A stretch of 64,000 nucleotides of DNA, taken from Candidatus Dormiibacterota bacterium (GTDB lineage Bacteria > Chloroflexota > Dormibacteria > Aeolococcales > Aeolococcaceae). The notes under the pieces are model-generated. The model did no database searches. It saw only the letters and a list, made by a program, of their open reading frames with translations, and was not told the origin of the DNA. The stretch is taken from contig OY970355.1 in the NCBI GenBank assembly GCA_963718525.1, positions 2,560,001-2,624,000 on the forward strand, read 5' to 3'. Position numbers and translations under genes: made by a program. This document shows, one piece after another, positions 1-10,245 of this stretch. The first letter of the stretch is position 1. The number at the start of each line of letters is the position of its first letter.

Positions 1-1
1 C

Positions 2-1771
2 TCACTCGAGCGAGAGCACGTACGGGTAGTGCTCCTGTCCTCCCGCCTGCAGCTCGAACTCGGTGCCCGGATGGGTCTCGCGCAGGCTCGCCACGAGCGT
101 ATCGGCCTCGTCGGCGCTGACCTCCTGGCCGCGGTACACCGTGACCAGCTCCGGCTTCTTCGTCTCCGCGTTGAGCACCGCTTCAATGACAGCGCGGTAC
201 TCGCTCCCCACCTGCGTGATGACGTCGTCGACGACGGTGATCACGTCCCCCACCTTGATGTCGTGTCCGTTGACCTTGGTGTCGCGGACTGCGCGGGTCA
301 CCTCAACGGCTCGCACCGTGGCGATCGCGGTGAGCATCCGGTCGCAATTCTCGTCGAGGCTCGCGGATGGGTCGAAGGCGAGCAGCGCGGTGATTCCCTG
401 GGGAAGATTCCTTGTCGGGACCACGCGCACCTCGCATCCTTCGGCGAGGGGATCGACCTGCTCGGCGGTGAGAATCACGTTGACATTGTTGGGAAGGAGA
501 ATCACGTGCTCGGCGTTGACAGCAAGCACGCCGTTGAGCAGGTCCTCGATCGACGGGTTCATGGTCTGGCCGCCGCTCACGATGCTGTCCGCGCCCAGGC
601 TCCCCATGATGTCGCGGAATCCGTCACCGGGTGCGACGCTGGCGACCCCGATCGGCTTGGGAGGAGCCTGAGGATGCTCGTCCGGGGGCGTCCCAACTGC
701 GTCAGCCTCTGCCTCTCTGGCATCCGCACGCTCCAGCACGTCGTGATGCTGTGTGGACATGTCGTCGACCTTGAGCTTGCTCATAGGCCCGCGGGAGGAC
801 GCGGCGGCGATCAGCCCGGCCGGGTCGCCGGTGTGGATATGGACGCGTACGAGGTCCGGGTCGCCGACCACCAGGGCGGATTCCCCCAGTGCTGAGAGCT
901 CGGCACGGATCGAGTCGACGTCGAGCCCGGGACCGGTGATCAGAAACTCGGTGCAGTACCCCCAGCCCTGTTCGCGCGGGGCAACCGCCGCGGCGCCACG
1001 GCGCGGCACCACCGAACCCGTCGCCTCGAGGTCGCCAGGGTTCGGGGGGAGACGCAGCGCGGGCTCGCCTGATCGGCGGACAAGCGCCGGAGCCTGTGCG
1101 GCCGACTGCGTGTCGCCGACGGCACGCGCGAAGCCTTCGAGGATCACCGCGAGACCGAAGCCGCCGGCATCGACCACGTTCGCCTCGCGGAGCACCTGCA
1201 GTTGATCTGTGGTGCGCTCGACGGCCGCGTGCGCCTCGGTGACCACGTGATCGAGCACCACCCTGATGTCGTCGGTGGTCGTCGACGCAGCAGCCGCGGC
1301 TGCCGCCGCGTCACGGACGACGGTGAGGATGGTGCCCTCGGTCGGCTTCATGACCGCGCGGTACGCGACGGCTGACGCCTCGGTCATCGCCTGAGCGACA
1401 CCGCCAGCGTCGAGACGCGAGCGTTGGGAGGATCCCTGGGCGAAGCCGCGGAGGATCTGCGAGAGGATGACGCCGCTGTTGCCGCGGGCGCCCATCAGCG
1501 AGCCGTGCGCGGCGGCGGCGAGCACCGAGTCCGCAGCCTCTGGGCTCGGCGCGTCACGCGCCTCCTCCACCGCTGACCGGAGTGTCAGGTACATGTTCGA
1601 CCCGGTGTCACCGTCCGGCACCGGGAAGACATTGAGGTCGTTGATCTCCTGCTGGTTCGCCTCAAGCCACGAGAGCGCGGCCGTCAGGCCCGCGAGGACC
1701 TGCTGACCACCGATCTCGCGGAGCGGTTCGCGGAGCACTGCGAGCTCCGGCGCGGGCTTAGTGGCGGACAC
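2..1771 (-). CDS. fakA: DAK2-domain fatty acid kinase catalytic subunit (FakA/YloV family)
   Basis: Motifs LNVFPVPDGDTGSNM, GARGNSGVILSQ, VVDAGG, YCTEF, GGQTMNPS and C-terminal GGQxHYP. Likely GTG start at 1771 overlapping the asp23 stop. Confidence 0.93.
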   Translation of the reverse strand: MSATKPAPELAVLREPLREIGGQQVLAGLTAALSWLEANQQEINDLNVFPVPDGDTGSNMYLTLRSAVEEARDAPSPEAADSVLAAAAHGSLMGARGNSGVILSQILRGFAQGSSQRSRLDAGGVAQAMTEASAVAYRAVMKPTEGTILTVVRDAAAAAAAASTTTDDIRVVLDHVVTEAHAAVERTTDQLQVLREANVVDAGGFGLAVILEGFARAVGDTQSAAQAPALVRRSGEPALRLPPNPGDLEATGSVVPRRGAAAVAPREQGWGYCTEFLITGPGLDVDSIRAELSALGESALVVGDPDLVRVHIHTGDPAGLIAAASSRGPMSKLKVDDMSTQHHDVLERADAREAEADAVGTPPDEHPQAPPKPIGVASVAPGDGFRDIMGSLGADSIVSGGQTMNPSIEDLLNGVLAVNAEHVILLPNNVNVILTAEQVDPLAEGCEVRVVPTRNLPQGITALLAFDPSASLDENCDRMLTAIATVRAVEVTRAVRDTKVNGHDIKVGDVITVVDDVITQVGSEYRAVIEAVLNAETKKPELVTVYRGQEVSADEADTLVASLRETHPGTEFELQAGGQEHYPYVLSLE

Positions 1772-2153
1772 CGTCGTTCTCCGCATGGATGCCCTGGACA
1801 TTCACGTTGACCGCCACCACCGGCAGTCCCAGGGTCTTCTCGACCGAGTAGCTGACGGCGCTCATCAGGTTGTGGGCCACCTCGCTGATCCGGGTTCCAT
1901 ATTCGACGATCACGTAGAGCTCGATCACGAGCCCGTCGGGCGTGACCTGGATCTCGACGCCCCGGTGGACGTTCTCCCGGTTCAGCCGCTCCGCGATCCC
2001 GTCGCGCAGACCGCGCGCCGCCATCCCCACGATGCCGTAGCACTCGTTGGCCGCGTGGCCGACGATCGACGCCACCACCCGGGGCGAGACTTCAATCCTG
2101 CCCAGGGAAGCGGTGCGCGACAGTGCGTCGGACGCGCGGACCTTGCCTTTCAC
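1758..2153 (-). CDS. Asp23/Gls24 family envelope stress protein (YloU-like)
   Basis: G-I-V...VIASI-type N-terminus, [33 protein letters not shown]. Canonical position between rpmB and fakA. GTG start with GGAG upstream. Confidence 0.9.
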   Translation of the reverse strand: MKGKVRASDALSRTASLGRIEVSPRVVASIVGHAANECYGIVGMAARGLRDGIAERLNRENVHRGVEIQVTPDGLVIELYVIVEYGTRISEVAHNLMSAVSYSVEKTLGLPVVAVNVNVQGIHAENDGVRH

Positions 2154-2310
2154 GTATCTCCGTAAGCCCGATGGAGGGCCTGTGGTATCCTCGGCGACCG
2201 GCCACCTTCTCGTTTCCGGAGGCCAACGGGCGCCGCCGTGGCTGCGGCCGAATTCTAGTACGCCAGACCGGGCGCGTCTCAGATGCGCGTTCCGACCCAT
2301 GAGAGATCTG

Positions 2311-2502
2311 ATGTCCCAGCGCTGCGATATCTGCGGGAAGGGCCCAATGACCGGGAACAACGTGAGCCACTCCAAGGTGCACACCAAGCGTCGATTCCTG
2401 CCCAACCTCCATGTCACCCACCTTGCCGTCAAGGGCAAGGAAGTGAGAGCGAAGGTGTGCACCCGGTGCCTGCGCACTCAGGCCAAGGCGGCGCGTAGCT
2501 AG
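2311..2502 (+). CDS. rpmB: 50S ribosomal protein L28 (zinc-binding C+ form)
   Basis: [21 protein letters not shown]...TKRRFLPNL...VCTRCLRT. Confidence 0.97.
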   Translation: MSQRCDICGKGPMTGNNVSHSKVHTKRRFLPNLHVTHLAVKGKEVRAKVCTRCLRTQAKAARS

Positions 2503-2561
2503 CGTTTTCGGTGTGCGCAGTCAGGTACGATTGATCCGTTAGGAGCGTTTCGGAGGCAGGG

Positions 2562-5500
2562 GTGTTCAGGGCCAGAGGGGTTGTGCTCGGCGGTGCTTGC
2601 TTGGCGATGCTGGCCGGCAGCTACGGCGGTGCCATGGCGCCTCTCCCGGTGGCGGCCGCGGGCCCTGTGGTGAGCAGTGTGGCGCCGGCGGCCGGCTCTT
2701 CTGCGGGGGGGACGCCGATCGTGATCACCGGTACGGGGTTCACCAGCGCCACCGACGTCTTCTTCGGCGCAACCGACGTGATGTCCACAGCCACCTGCAC
2801 ATCCGCCGGGGGATGTTTCACCGTTGTCAACGACACGACGATCGACGCGACGTCACCTGCGGTGAGCGCAAGCACCGTCGATATCACGGTGAGCGCTGGT
2901 GGAGTGACCAGCGCTCCGGCTCCTCCGGGCGATCAGTTCAGCTTTTTCGACACTCCCACCGTCGCAACGGTCGCCACTCCGCAACCAGATGGGGCGACCG
3001 GCATCAGCGTCACCGGCACTAACTTCTCCACTCCCGGCTCTAGCCCCCTGACGAACGGGGTCAGCGAGGTGGACCTTGTGCCTTCCACCGGCCCGACGGT
3101 GCAGCTGACGACGCAGTGCTCGAGCAGCGTCGCGCCAGGCTGCTTCACCTTCGTCGGCGACACCAAGCTGACCATCAACCTTCCCACGTCAATGCCAGCG
3201 GGCCAGTACGACACCGAGGTCAAGACTCCGGGAGGCACCTCGGCAACGTCGACCAACGATGTCCTACTCGTGCAACAACCCACGCCAACCGTTACATCTG
3301 TATCTCCCAATACCGGTTCCACGGCCGGTGGGCCGCCGACGGTCACGATCCTCGGCACGGACTTCAGCGGATCCGGTTTCGACACAACTGGCGTGTCATT
3401 CCGGGGAGTTGCCGCGGTCTTCACTCCGATCAACGCAACGTCGATGACCGCGACACCACCAGCCGGCAGCGGGCAGGTGGACATCAAGGTCACAACGCAA
3501 TCGACGGACGGGACCTCGACGCAGACCAGCCCGACGTCCGTCGCGGACACGTACGTGTATGCGCCGGTTCCCACAGTGACGAATGTTGGACCGGGAACGG
3601 GACCCACCGTGGGCGGCAACACCGTCACCCTCACCGGCACGGACTTCATGTCGAATAACTCAACTGGCGCGAACTTCACCACCACCAAGGTCACCGTTGA
3701 CTCCACCGGCATCACCACGACGTGCTCGGGGCCGCCAAGCAGTCCGTGCTTCACGGTGACAGACGGGACTCACATCAGCGTCCAGGACTTCCCTCCGCAC
3801 GCCGCCGGTGTCGTTGACATCACCGTGACGACGCCGGGGGGAACGAGCGCAACGGGCAGTGGCGATCAGTACATTTACGCGCTCGTCCCCGCCGTGACGA
3901 GCGTCACCCCGGGTGCCGGGCCGCCCGCGGGCGGCAACACCGTGGTCGTCACGGGCACCGGGTTGTTGGGCGCGACCCATGTGTTCGTCGGCGGGAGTGA
4001 TGTCTCCACTACGCCGTGCGTGGGGACGCCGCTGGCATCACCCTGCTTCACCGTGAACAACGACGCGCAGATCGCCGTCCAGGATCTCCCTGCGCACGGA
4101 GCGATGACTGTTGACGTCACCGTGCAAACCCCCGTGGGGACCAGTGCGAAGTCCGCAGCCGATCAGTACGTGTATGCATCCGCTCCCACCGTCACCGCCG
4201 TGGCTCCATCGTTCGGGCTACTTGCGGGCGGGAACTCAGTCACCATCACCGGGACGGGATTCGACCCGGGAGGTGTCGGTGCATCGAATATCACCGTCGG
4301 CGGTGCCGGCATAACGGTGACGCCATGCGGGAACTCACCGACAGCACCGTGCTTCACGGTGGTCGGCAACACCCAGGTCAACATCCAGGATCTCCCGCCG
4401 GGCTCGGCCGGACCCGTTGACATCACCGTGACCACGGTTGGCGGGACGAGCGCGACCTCAGGCGCCGACAAGTACACCTACTTCGCGCCACCGACGGTCA
4501 CCAGCGTCGCGCCCTCGAGCGGTCCCATCGCGGGAGGCAACACGGTTGTGGTGACTGGCACCGACTTCCAGTCCGGTGGTCAATTCACCACCACCAGCGT
4601 GCAGGTTGGTCCTCAGACCATCACCGCAATGCCGTGCGGAGGATCACCGACAGCACCGTGCTTCACGGTGAACAGCGCCATGCAGATCAGCATCAAGGAC
4701 CTTCCTGCGCAAGGGGCCGGCACGGTTGACATCAGGGTGATAACACCGGAAGGCACCAGCCCGATTTCGCAACCCGCCGACCAGTACACGTACGCGGTTC
4801 TTCCCACAGTCACGAATGTCAGCCCAGGCGCCGGGCCGCCGGCTGGCGGCAACACCGTGGTCGTTGCCGGCACCGGGTTGTCGGGCGCGACCGATGTGTT
4901 CGTCGGCGGGAATCATGTCTCCATCACGCCGTGCGTAGGGACGCCGACGTCACCGTGCTTCACGGTGAGCGGCTCGACCCAGATCACTCTTGAGGATCTT
5001 CCTTCGCATGTAGCCGCGACGGTTGACATCACCGTGCAGACCCCCGGGGGGACCACCGCGATCTCCACGGCAGACCAGTACGTGTACGCAGCCGCTCCCA
5101 CTCTCACCGGTGTATCGCCATCGTTCGGTCCGCTTGTGGGCGGGAACACGGTCACCCTGACCGGCACGGGATTCGACCCAGCCGGTGTCGGTGCCAGTGC
5201 GGTAGTCGTCGGCATCACCAACATCACGACAGCGCCATGCCCAGGACCGCCGACCTCGCCGTGCTTCACAGTGAACGGCGACACGCAGATCACCATCCAG
5301 GATCTTCCGCCTGGGTCGGCCGGGATCGTTGACATCACAGTGACCACAGTCGGTGGCACGAGTGCAACGTCCAGCGCCGACAAGTACACATACCTGTCTC
5401 CACCGACCGTCGCCAAGATCGCGCCGACGACCGGCCCAATAGGTGGAGGCACGACGGTTGTGGTGACCGGCACCGGCTTCGAGTCAACCGGGCAATTCAC

Positions 5501-8500
5501 CACCAACAGCGTGCAGGTTGGTGCAGTTCACGTGATCACGACGGCGCCTTGCGGGACCTCACCGACAGCACCGTGCTTCACGGTGGGCAGCCCCACCCAG
5601 ATCACGATCGAGGACATTCCCCCGAACGCCGTCGCCACGGTCGACATCACGGTGACCACGCCGGAGGGCACGAGCGCCACGAGCGCCAGCGATCAGTACA
5701 CGTACGGAGTGCTACCGGCGGTGACGAAGGTCAGCCCTGGTGCCGGGCCGCCCGCGGGTGGCAATACCGTGGTTATCGCGGGCAGCGGGTTCACTGGCGC
5801 CACCGATGTATTCGTCGGCTCCAAGGACGTCAACGCCTCACCGTGTCCCGGTCCGCCGGTCTCAGCGTGCTTCACGGTGAACAACGACGCCCAGGTCACG
5901 ATCCAGGATATGCCCAGTAACGTGGCCGGGATATATGACATCACAGTGAAGACGCCCGTCGGGCCCAGCGCGACCTCCACAGCCGACCAGTACTTGTACG
6001 CGTTCACACCCACGGTCACGGGTCTCGCCCCATCGTTCGGCCCGCTCGCGGGCGGCTACACGGTCAACGTCATCGGGACGGGCTTCGACCCAGCAGGTGT
6101 GGCCGCAACCGAAGTATTTGTTGGCACTTTGGGGATCACCGCGACGCCGTGCAGCGGATCGCCGACGGCACCGTGCTTCACGGTGGTCAGCGATACACAG
6201 GTCACCATCATGGATCTTCCGCCGGGCTCCGCCGGGAGTTTCGACGTCACTGTGACCACCGTCGGCGGCACGAGCGCGGCCACACCCGCGGACAAATTCA
6301 CGTACATGGCGCCCCCGGCGGTGACCAACGTCGCGCCGCTGACCGGTCCCACCGGAGGCGGCAACACGCTGGTGGTCACCGGCACCGGCTTCGAGTCAAC
6401 CGGGCAATTCACCACCAGCAGCGTGCAGGTTGGTCCTCACATCATCACGACGACGCCGTGCGTGGTCTCACCGACAGCGCCGTGCTTCACGGTGAACAGC
6501 TCCACCCAGATCACGGTGCAGGACATTCCTCCGCATGCCGCCGGCAGTGTCGACATCGTTGCGACAACTCCCGAAGGCGCGAGCCCGATTTCACAGCCCG
6601 CGGACCAGTACACGTACGAGCTGATCCCCTCCGTCAACGGCATCTCTCCGAATGCCGGTGTCGTCGCCGGAGGTAACTCGGTCATCATCACGGGGACGTT
6701 GTTCTCGGACGCGTTCCAGGTGTCCGTCGGGAGCACGAGCATCACCACCGCGCCCTGCGCCGTACCACCGACGGCGCCGTGCTTCACGGTGAACAGCGCG
6801 ACGCAGATCACGGTCGGCGATTTCCCGGCCGGTTCGGCCTCCACGGTCAACATCACCGTGACGGCGCCCGGGGGCACGAGCCCCACCTCCGCAGCCGATG
6901 TCTATGCCTATGCTCCGATTCCGACGATCACGAAGGTATCACCAAATCACGGCTCGGTCAGCGGCGGTGCGTCGGTGACCCTGACCGGAACGGGGTTCGA
7001 ACCGTCGGGCACGAACCACAACTTCACCACCACCGCGGTCAGCATTGTCGGGGTCGCGGTGATCACCACGAGCCCGTGCCCGGGAGCACCGACCGGCCCC
7101 TGCTACAACGTGAACTCCTCGACCCAGATCTTCATCGAGGACTTCCCGGCACACGCAGTGGGGTCGGTGGACGTCACAGCGACCACCCTCGGCGGCACAA
7201 GCCCAACGTCCAATGCCGACAGGTACTTCTACGGTGCGACCTTCCCCACGGTGACGCTCGTCTCACAGAAATACGGAGCTGAGAAGGGAGGCGCACTGCT
7301 GGCGATCACCGGCACCAACTTCTCCAGCACGAGCGGGATCTCGGTCTCCGATGTCTTCTTCGGAACAACGGATGTCCTCGCGAGCAACGCATTTCCGTGC
7401 GTCGGCACGACGACGGGGTGCTTCAACGTCGTGAGCCCGACTCAGATCAGCGTGTACACCCCGGTGGCGAGCGTCGCGGGCACGGTCGACATCACTGTGA
7501 CGACCACCGTCGGCACCAGCGGCGCCAGCACGGCCGACCAGTACACGTATCTCGCCCCCAGCGCGTATACCGCCTTGGCGCCCTTCGTGATCTGCGATAC
7601 ACGGGCGTCAACAACGCCTGACGAGTGCACCGGCAAGACGCTTGGCAAGGGCGGGAGGCTCACCGCGCAGATCACCGGCGTTGCCGGGCCGAACCTTCAA
7701 GTGGTGCAGTCAGGAGCCCAGGCCGTGGTCGTCAACGTGACTGCCATCAACCACAGCACCACCAGCACCTACGTCACTGCATTTCCCGGCGGCTCAGTGC
7801 CGATCGCGTCGACGGTGAATCTCGACGCGGCGGCGGTGCAGTCCAACCTCGCGGTCGTTCAACTGACGTCCGGCGGGGCGATCACCCTATACAACGCGGT
7901 CGGAAGCGTCGACGTGATTGTCGCCGTTGAGGGCTTCTATGCGGCGCCGCCGGGTTCGGGCCCGATTCCGGGCGAGTATCACACCATTGCGCCGATTCGG
8001 ATGTGCGACACACGCGCCAAGCAAGGCACCGCGTGTGCGGGCGCGACCAACAACCCGATTCTGGCGAACACGTGGCGGAAGGTAGCCCTCAGCGGCACGG
8101 GTTCGCTTCCGGCCACGGGAGCGGCTGCGGCGGTCTTCAACCTCACAGCTACGCAGGGCACTCTGGGAACGTATCTCGCCGTCGCACCACCCACCAGTAG
8201 CGATCAGTGCCCAACTGGAGCACCGCACGTGTCGAATCTCAATCCCAAGGCTGGGGATACGCTGCCCATTCGAGTCGTCTCAGCACTCGGACCGGCCAAC
8301 GACGTCTGTGTCTACAACGCCGTGGGCAGCATCGAGATCATCATCGACGTGGACGGCTGGTTCGGCACAGGCAGCGAGTCGTCGACCGGGGCGCTCTTCT
8401 ACTCCGTGCCGCCGACGCGAATCTGCGACACACGTTCGGGCACGGGAACTCGGTGCTCGGGCAAGTCCCTCGGCTCGGGCTTCACCGAGGTCGTCCAGGT

Positions 8501-8786
8501 CGCCGGTGTGACGCCGGTACCGGCCTTTGCGGGCGCTCAGCCGGTCGCGATGGTGGCGAACCTCACCGGCGTCGCGGGGACGCAGTCGACATATCTCGAG
8601 CTCTACGCGAGCGACGCGCATAAACCCGTTGCGTCCGATCTCAACCCGGTCGCGCACGACGTCATTGCCAACCTGGTGATGGTGGGGCTCGCACAGGCCG
8701 CCGGGGCCACCCAGGGCGACGTCAACCTCTACAATGGCCTCGGGACCATCAATGCCATCGTCGACGTCTCCGGCTGGTACCAGTAG
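2562..8786 (+). CDS. Large secreted surface protein with about 16 IPT/TIG-like domains and three C-terminal PxRxxDTR repeats
   Basis: Signal peptide (ending AAA). Repeats of the form PTVTxVxPxxGPxAGGNTVxxTGTGF...VDITVTTPGGTS...DQYTY. C-terminal (Y/F)xxxxPxxxCDTR...VVNVTA units. Confidence 0.88.
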   Translation: MFRARGVVLGGACLAMLAGSYGGAMAPLPVAAAGPVVSSVAPAAGSSAGGTPIVITGTGFTSATDVFFGATDVMSTATCTSAGGCFTVVNDTTIDATSPAVSASTVDITVSAGGVTSAPAPPGDQFSFFDTPTVATVATPQPDGATGISVTGTNFSTPGSSPLTNGVSEVDLVPSTGPTVQLTTQCSSSVAPGCFTFVGDTKLTINLPTSMPAGQYDTEVKTPGGTSATSTNDVLLVQQPTPTVTSVSPNTGSTAGGPPTVTILGTDFSGSGFDTTGVSFRGVAAVFTPINATSMTATPPAGSGQVDIKVTTQSTDGTSTQTSPTSVADTYVYAPVPTVTNVGPGTGPTVGGNTVTLTGTDFMSNNSTGANFTTTKVTVDSTGITTTCSGPPSSPCFTVTDGTHISVQDFPPHAAGVVDITVTTPGGTSATGSGDQYIYALVPAVTSVTPGAGPPAGGNTVVVTGTGLLGATHVFVGGSDVSTTPCVGTPLASPCFTVNNDAQIAVQDLPAHGAMTVDVTVQTPVGTSAKSAADQYVYASAPTVTAVAPSFGLLAGGNSVTITGTGFDPGGVGASNITVGGAGITVTPCGNSPTAPCFTVVGNTQVNIQDLPPGSAGPVDITVTTVGGTSATSGADKYTYFAPPTVTSVAPSSGPIAGGNTVVVTGTDFQSGGQFTTTSVQVGPQTITAMPCGGSPTAPCFTVNSAMQISIKDLPAQGAGTVDIRVITPEGTSPISQPADQYTYAVLPTVTNVSPGAGPPAGGNTVVVAGTGLSGATDVFVGGNHVSITPCVGTPTSPCFTVSGSTQITLEDLPSHVAATVDITVQTPGGTTAISTADQYVYAAAPTLTGVSPSFGPLVGGNTVTLTGTGFDPAGVGASAVVVGITNITTAPCPGPPTSPCFTVNGDTQITIQDLPPGSAGIVDITVTTVGGTSATSSADKYTYLSPPTVAKIAPTTGPIGGGTTVVVTGTGFESTGQFTTNSVQVGAVHVITTAPCGTSPTAPCFTVGSPTQITIEDIPPNAVATVDITVTTPEGTSATSASDQYTYGVLPAVTKVSPGAGPPAGGNTVVIAGSGFTGATDVFVGSKDVNASPCPGPPVSACFTVNNDAQVTIQDMPSNVAGIYDITVKTPVGPSATSTADQYLYAFTPTVTGLAPSFGPLAGGYTVNVIGTGFDPAGVAATEVFVGTLGITATPCSGSPTAPCFTVVSDTQVTIMDLPPGSAGSFDVTVTTVGGTSAATPADKFTYMAPPAVTNVAPLTGPTGGGNTLVVTGTGFESTGQFTTSSVQVGPHIITTTPCVVSPTAPCFTVNSSTQITVQDIPPHAAGSVDIVATTPEGASPISQPADQYTYELIPSVNGISPNAGVVAGGNSVIITGTLFSDAFQVSVGSTSITTAPCAVPPTAPCFTVNSATQITVGDFPAGSASTVNITVTAPGGTSPTSAADVYAYAPIPTITKVSPNHGSVSGGASVTLTGTGFEPSGTNHNFTTTAVSIVGVAVITTSPCPGAPTGPCYNVNSSTQIFIEDFPAHAVGSVDVTATTLGGTSPTSNADRYFYGATFPTVTLVSQKYGAEKGGALLAITGTNFSSTSGISVSDVFFGTTDVLASNAFPCVGTTTGCFNVVSPTQISVYTPVASVAGTVDITVTTTVGTSGASTADQYTYLAPSAYTALAPFVICDTRASTTPDECTGKTLGKGGRLTAQITGVAGPNLQVVQSGAQAVVVNVTAINHSTTSTYVTAFPGGSVPIASTVNLDAAAVQSNLAVVQLTSGGAITLYNAVGSVDVIVAVEGFYAAPPGSGPIPGEYHTIAPIRMCDTRAKQGTACAGATNNPILANTWRKVALSGTGSLPATGAAAAVFNLTATQGTLGTYLAVAPPTSSDQCPTGAPHVSNLNPKAGDTLPIRVVSALGPANDVCVYNAVGSIEIIIDVDGWFGTGSESSTGALFYSVPPTRICDTRSGTGTRCSGKSLGSGFTEVVQVAGVTPVPAFAGAQPVAMVANLTGVAGTQSTYLELYASDAHKPVASDLNPVAHDVIANLVMVGLAQAAGATQGDVNLYNGLGTINAIVDVSGWYQ
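3895..6620 (+). repeat. Three-domain (A-B-C) super-repeat present three times, period about 910 bp, inside the IPT gene
   Basis: Domain starts cycle PGAGPPAGGNTV / PSFGxLxGGxxV / PxxGPxxGGxT near 3900, 4190, 4500; 4810, 5100, 5410; 5720, 6015, 6320. Confidence 0.8.
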
Positions 8787-9691
8787 GCAGAACCGGCGGG
8801 CGGCGCGTGGCCAGGTTCGCCACGGATCGCGGCGGCGAGGATATCCAGACCGTGGAGGACCCGCGGTCCGGGGCGGCTGAAGTACGCCGAGCCGTCCACT
8901 GCGAAAACCCTGCCGGAGCGCGCGGCCGGAAGGTCGTCGAATCCCGGACGTGATCCGACCTCGGGCGCCAGCTGGAGAGTTCTCGCGAGATCGTACCCGC
9001 AGGGCATCAGAATCATGACCTCCGGTTGGGCGTCGACCACCTCGTCCCAGGAGACGTAGCGCGACGGCGCGCCCTCCTCCCCGAGGACGTCGAGCCCGCC
9101 CGCGATCCGCACCATCTCCGGCACCCAGTGGCCATCGACCATGAGCGGGTCCGTCCACTCGATGCACACGACCCGTGGACGCGGCTCCGGGGTGTGATTG
9201 GCACCGACCTCCGCGACCCGACGGCGCATCGACGCGGCGACGCCCGCCGCACCGTCCACGTCCCCGGTGGCCACGCCGACCTCCTCCACCGAGGCACAGA
9301 TCTCCTCGATCGAGCGCGGTTCGAGGGAGAGCACCAACGCATCGCCGGGCAGGCGGCGCACCGCCCGCCTGACCTCGCCATATGCGACCGCACAGACATC
9401 GCACAGCTCCTGAGTGACGATGAGGTCGGGTTCGAGCCGTGCCAGCGCCGCCTCGTCGAGCCGGTAGATGCTCGATCCGGCGTGACGCGCAGCGTGAATG
9501 TGGCGATCGATGTCGCTCGGCGCCGTTCCCTCGGTGACGAGCACGCTTGACGTGACCGCCGGGAGATCGCGAGCGGCGCCGGGATGATCGCACTCATGAG
9601 TGACGCCGACGACGCGGTCACCCGCCCCGATGGCGAAGAGGATCTCGGTGGCGCTTGGAAGTAGTGAGGCGACGCGCGACGCCGCGCTCAT
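8729..9691 (-). CDS. BtuF-like cobalamin/metal-chelate ABC substrate-binding family protein (no signal peptide)
   Basis: RVASLLPSATEIL, VGVTHECDHP, PDLIVTQELCDVCAV, EWTDP...GHWVPE, FSRPGPR. 3' end overlaps the convergent IPT gene by 58 bp. Confidence 0.85.
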   Translation of the reverse strand: MSAASRVASLLPSATEILFAIGAGDRVVGVTHECDHPGAARDLPAVTSSVLVTEGTAPSDIDRHIHAARHAGSSIYRLDEAALARLEPDLIVTQELCDVCAVAYGEVRRAVRRLPGDALVLSLEPRSIEEICASVEEVGVATGDVDGAAGVAASMRRRVAEVGANHTPEPRPRVVCIEWTDPLMVDGHWVPEMVRIAGGLDVLGEEGAPSRYVSWDEVVDAQPEVMILMPCGYDLARTLQLAPEVGSRPGFDDLPAARSGRVFAVDGSAYFSRPGPRVLHGLDILAAAIRGEPGHAPPAGSAYWYQPETSTMALMVPRPL

Positions 9692-10245
9692 GATGCCGCG
9701 CGGTGCTCCGCCGTCCGCGGCTGCCGCAGCTCGCGAAGCAGCGACACCATCTCGACAGCAGTGACCGCTGCCTCCGCACCCTTGTTCCCATGCTTGCCGC
9801 CGGCTCGATCCGTCGCCTGTTCGACGGTGTCGACCGTCAGCACGCCGAAGGTTGCGGGGACGCCGGTTGTGGCGTGCACCGACGCGATTCCCTGGGCGGC
9901 CTCACCCGCGACGTACTCGAAGTGCGCGGTGTCGCCGCGAATCACCGCGCCGAGGCAGACCACCGCGTCGACAGCGCCCGACTGGGCAAGCTCGCGTGCC
10001 GCAATCGGAATCTCGAACGCGCCGGGAACCCATACGACGTCGATGTCACCTGCGCCGACCCCGTGATGCCGCAGCGCCTCGACTGCGCCGTCGAGGAGTT
10101 GCATGGAGATGATGTTGTTGAAGCGCGATACCACGATGCCAAGGCGCATTCCGGTGGCGTCGAGACTGCCGGTGTGGACGCGCGCGCCCGGGGTGGGTTC
10201 GCCGGCCGCGCCGCCCTCGGCGTCATAGCGTGTCGATGGCATCAT
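9688..10245 (-). CDS. ribH: 6,7-dimethyl-8-ribityllumazine synthase
   Basis: IVVSRFN, WVPGAFEIP, LGAVIRGDTAHFEYV, FGVLT, GNKGAEAA. Confidence 0.96.
   Translation of the reverse strand: MMPSTRYDAEGGAAGEPTPGARVHTGSLDATGMRLGIVVSRFNNIISMQLLDGAVEALRHHGVGAGDIDVVWVPGAFEIPIAARELAQSGAVDAVVCLGAVIRGDTAHFEYVAGEAAQGIASVHATTGVPATFGVLTVDTVEQATDRAGGKHGNKGAEAAVTAVEMVSLLRELRQPRTAEHRAAS

Noticed and set aside
3895-6620. Diversity-generating retroelement TR/VR pair
   Set aside because: The repeats are in-frame domain duplications without adenine-specific differences, and there is no reverse transcriptase.
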